A program made the translations under genes and the position numbers. From contig CABYCL010000004.1 of the NCBI GenBank assembly GCA_902517505.1, positions 38,656 to 102,655 of the forward strand: a DNA stretch of 64,000 bases, given 5' to 3'. This document shows positions 61,565-64,000 of this stretch, piece by piece. The stretch comes from an uncultured SAR86 cluster bacterium (lineage in GTDB: Bacteria > Pseudomonadota > Gammaproteobacteria > Magnimaribacterales > D2472). The notes under the pieces were generated by a model that saw only the letters and a program-made list of their open reading frames with translations, did not search any database and was not told where the DNA came from. Position 1 is the stretch's first letter. Each line of letters opens with the position of its first letter.

Positions 61565-62022
61565 ATAAAATTTACCTAGAAAATGACGAGTCAACCAATA
61601 AACTTGGTGCTCTAGTATCAGAGAAACTGAAAGAAATTAATAAATCTACAGTTGAGATCCATCTTGAGGGTGATCTTGGTGCTGGAAAGACATTTTTAAC
61701 CAGGTCGATAATATCTAATTCAGGATGGAGCGGCTTGGTAAAAAGCCCAACTTATACCTTATGCGAGGAATATGATCTTGGAGATGTGATTTTCTTACAT
61801 ATTGACTTGTATAGAACTGATGAACCAGAGGACATTCATATTTTCGATTTAGATAGAAAAACACACTTAAAAAAAATTATAATTATTGAATGGCCACAGA
61901 AGCTTGCTATAAAAAGAAATTTTGACTTAAAAATATCATTTGAGCACTTTGAGGATGGTAGAAAAGTATTGATTAATGATAGTGATGAATTATTTTCAAG
62001 TTTGATTAAACATTATGAATAA
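61561..62022 (+). CDS. tsaE: tRNA threonylcarbamoyladenosine biosynthesis ATPase
   Basis: GDLGAGKT, VKSPTY, H.DLYR, IEW. Confidence 0.96.
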   Translation: MNKIYLENDESTNKLGALVSEKLKEINKSTVEIHLEGDLGAGKTFLTRSIISNSGWSGLVKSPTYTLCEEYDLGDVIFLHIDLYRTDEPEDIHIFDLDRKTHLKKIIIIEWPQKLAIKRNFDLKISFEHFEDGRKVLINDSDELFSSLIKHYE

Positions 62023-63268
62023 AATTTTATCTTTTTTATTACTTCTTTCTTCACTTGTGCACTCAAATGAAATTTCGTTTTATGAAATAAAAGATTCTGA
62101 TGATCAATCTTCTGAAATATCCTTTCTTTTAGACAAGGTTTCTTTTATAAAATCTTATTCTCTCTTAGATCCCTCAAGAATTGTAATAGACGTATACCAG
62201 AGTGATTTAAAGTCAGATGTTGAGGAAAAATATAACTACCCTATTAAGCTAATAAGGGCTTCGTCAAAAGAGGACTTAACAAGAATAGTTATTGATTTAT
62301 ATGAATATGTTAATTGGAGTAAACCAACTCAGGAGAAAACGGATGAAGGAATTTTATTAAAGATTAATGTCAAAAAAAATAAGAAGCTAAAAAATAATAC
62401 AAGAGATATTGTAGTTGCAATTGATGCTGGACATGGTGGAAAAGATCCTGGAGCTGTAAGTAGTAACAATGTTTTGGAAAAAGATATTACTTTGTTGATA
62501 GCTAAAGAGTTACAGAGAACTCTTAGAGATACAGAGGGGTATGAAGCAGTTTTAATTAGAAATGATGACAGTACTGTAAGTCTTAATGATAGATATCAAA
62601 ATGCGAGAAAGTTTGGTGCCGATGCATTTATTTCAATCCATGCAGACGGTTTCAGACTAGCATCTGTTAAAGGTGCTTCAGTTTTCATATGGTCAGAAGA
62701 ATCTTCAAGCAGTGTTGCTAGAAATCTTTCAGAAAAAGAGCGTAAGAGGATTCAAGCTCAAATAAAAAATATAAAGTCTTACGATTTCAATGAAGATGCT
62801 GCAAGAGATCTTTATCCAAATACCTATAAGAAAAAGGTCGATCAAAGCAAAGAATTAGGTTCAAAGATCTTAGATCAGCTAAAAAGAGATCCATTCACTA
62901 AGATTCATAAACAAAATGTTGAATATGCTGATTTTAGAGTACTTAAATCAGTTGATATACCATCTGTCTTGGTTGAGTCTGGATTTATAACCAATCCAGA
63001 AGACGCAAAAAGACTTAAAACTAAGGCAGGAAGAAGAATGATTGCTAGGTCGATTTTTCTTGGCATTCACAATTATTTCAAAGAAGCGCCAGTTTCAGGC
63101 ACCCTTCTAGAAAATTATCAAAACTATCTTAATTACGAGATTCAAAAAGGCGATGTGTTATCCGAGATTGCTATCAGATTTGGCGTGACAGTTGATTCTA
63201 TTAACAAAACTAATAATCTAGAAAATAAATCTATATTTCCTGGCCAAATAATTAGAATAGAAATATAG
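62015..63268 (+). CDS. amiB: N-acetylmuramoyl-L-alanine amidase (AMIN + Amidase_3 + LysM)
   Basis: P.RIVID, IDAGHGGKDPGA, SIHAD, LVESGF, C-terminal LysM. Follows tsaE. Confidence 0.93.
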   Translation: MNKILSFLLLLSSLVHSNEISFYEIKDSDDQSSEISFLLDKVSFIKSYSLLDPSRIVIDVYQSDLKSDVEEKYNYPIKLIRASSKEDLTRIVIDLYEYVNWSKPTQEKTDEGILLKINVKKNKKLKNNTRDIVVAIDAGHGGKDPGAVSSNNVLEKDITLLIAKELQRTLRDTEGYEAVLIRNDDSTVSLNDRYQNARKFGADAFISIHADGFRLASVKGASVFIWSEESSSSVARNLSEKERKRIQAQIKNIKSYDFNEDAARDLYPNTYKKKVDQSKELGSKILDQLKRDPFTKIHKQNVEYADFRVLKSVDIPSVLVESGFITNPEDAKRLKTKAGRRMIARSIFLGIHNYFKEAPVSGTLLENYQNYLNYEIQKGDVLSEIAIRFGVTVDSINKTNNLENKSIFPGQIIRIEI

Positions 63269-63272
63269 ACAC

Positions 63273-63998
63273 CTAAGAGATGTCATATGGATCGATGTCA
63301 TAAGTCCATTTAACTTTCTTTGTTTCAGGCCAAGTTTGAATTTCATTAGTAAGATACTTAAGCACTCTGTTTAAATAAGTTCTTGTGTCAGACTTAATAA
63401 TCAGATGATTTCTTGTATTCCCTTTCACCTTTAGAGGTATTGATGGGAGTGGCCCAATAACATAAATATTTTTCTTATCATTTAAGAGATTGTTAACCTT
63501 ATCTAAAAATTTATAACAGCTTGCTATATTGGGTGAAGTTGCTCTTAATATTGCAACTGTTGAGTAAGGAGGCATGCCCAAAGCTTTGTTCGTTTTAAGG
63601 CATTGCTCAGAAACCAGCCTATAGTCTCCAGTTTTAATTTGTTTGAGATTTTCATCATTAGGATATCTGGTCTGAATAATTACCTTTGCAAGATTATTAT
63701 TTCTACCTGCTCTTCCAGAAACCTGAATTAATTGTTGTGAAATTTTTTCAATTGCATTTATTTCTGGACTTAATAAACCTCCATCAGCGTTAAGAATTAC
63801 ACATAGAGTAACTTTAGGAAAGTCATGGCCTTTTGATAGCATTTGTGTTCCCACTAATATTGCCTCTTTACTTTTACTAGCCTTTTCATAAATTGCTTCA
63901 ATCGATCCTTTTAATCTTGTTGAGTCATAATCCATTCTAATAATAGGTACTTTTTTAAATGTGCTTCTAAGAACCTCTTCAACTCTTTCAGTGCCGGT
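63273..63998 (-). CDS. priA: Primosomal helicase PriA (C-terminal part, truncated by window edge)
   Basis: Frame is open to the edge (GTERVEE.L...F). GTQMLSKGHDFP, QVSGRAGR, terminal DIDP. Confidence 0.96.
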   Translation of the reverse strand, partial: TGTERVEEVLRSTFKKVPIIRMDYDSTRLKGSIEAIYEKASKSKEAILVGTQMLSKGHDFPKVTLCVILNADGGLLSPEINAIEKISQQLIQVSGRAGRNNNLAKVIIQTRYPNDENLKQIKTGDYRLVSEQCLKTNKALGMPPYSTVAILRATSPNIASCYKFLDKVNNLLNDKKNIYVIGPLPSIPLKVKGNTRNHLIIKSDTRTYLNRVLKYLTNEIQTWPETKKVKWTYDIDPYDIS

Positions 63999-64000
63999 TC

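Overview
AT-rich (roughly 30% GC by eye), gene-dense chromosomal segment of a streamlined marine gammaproteobacterium. Gene content and order (proteorhodopsin without retinal genes, TonB-dependent vitamin uptake, contracted operons) suggest the SAR86 clade, which is an inference. Most of the window is housekeeping: hemD-rho-trxA-hemB-ilvD, aroQ, leuS-lptE-holA, the mrd/dac cell-wall cluster, mpl, pfk, parCE, tolC-mutM-coaD, tyrS, putA, anmK, erpA, hemG-hemL, dksA-pcnB, acs, nnrD-tsaE-amiB and priA. An accessory stretch at about 30.3-41.8 kb holds a proteorhodopsin, a CsgA-like SDR, an NAD-dependent formate dehydrogenase, an orphan integrase-arm (DUF6538-like) membrane protein, a TPP-riboswitch thiamine uptake operon, tRNA-Ile and a small-protein/CrtR-like hydroxylase operon. 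The main observation is that the blue-tuned (DTE, Gln) proteorhodopsin has Gly at the carotenoid-antenna 'fenestration' position. Its promoter also shares an exact 27-bp inverted sequence with the upstream region of the CrtR-like carotenoid hydroxylase operon 10 kb away. Together these suggest a co-regulated rhodopsin plus hydroxy-carotenoid system. No CRISPR array, rRNA or intact mobile element was seen.
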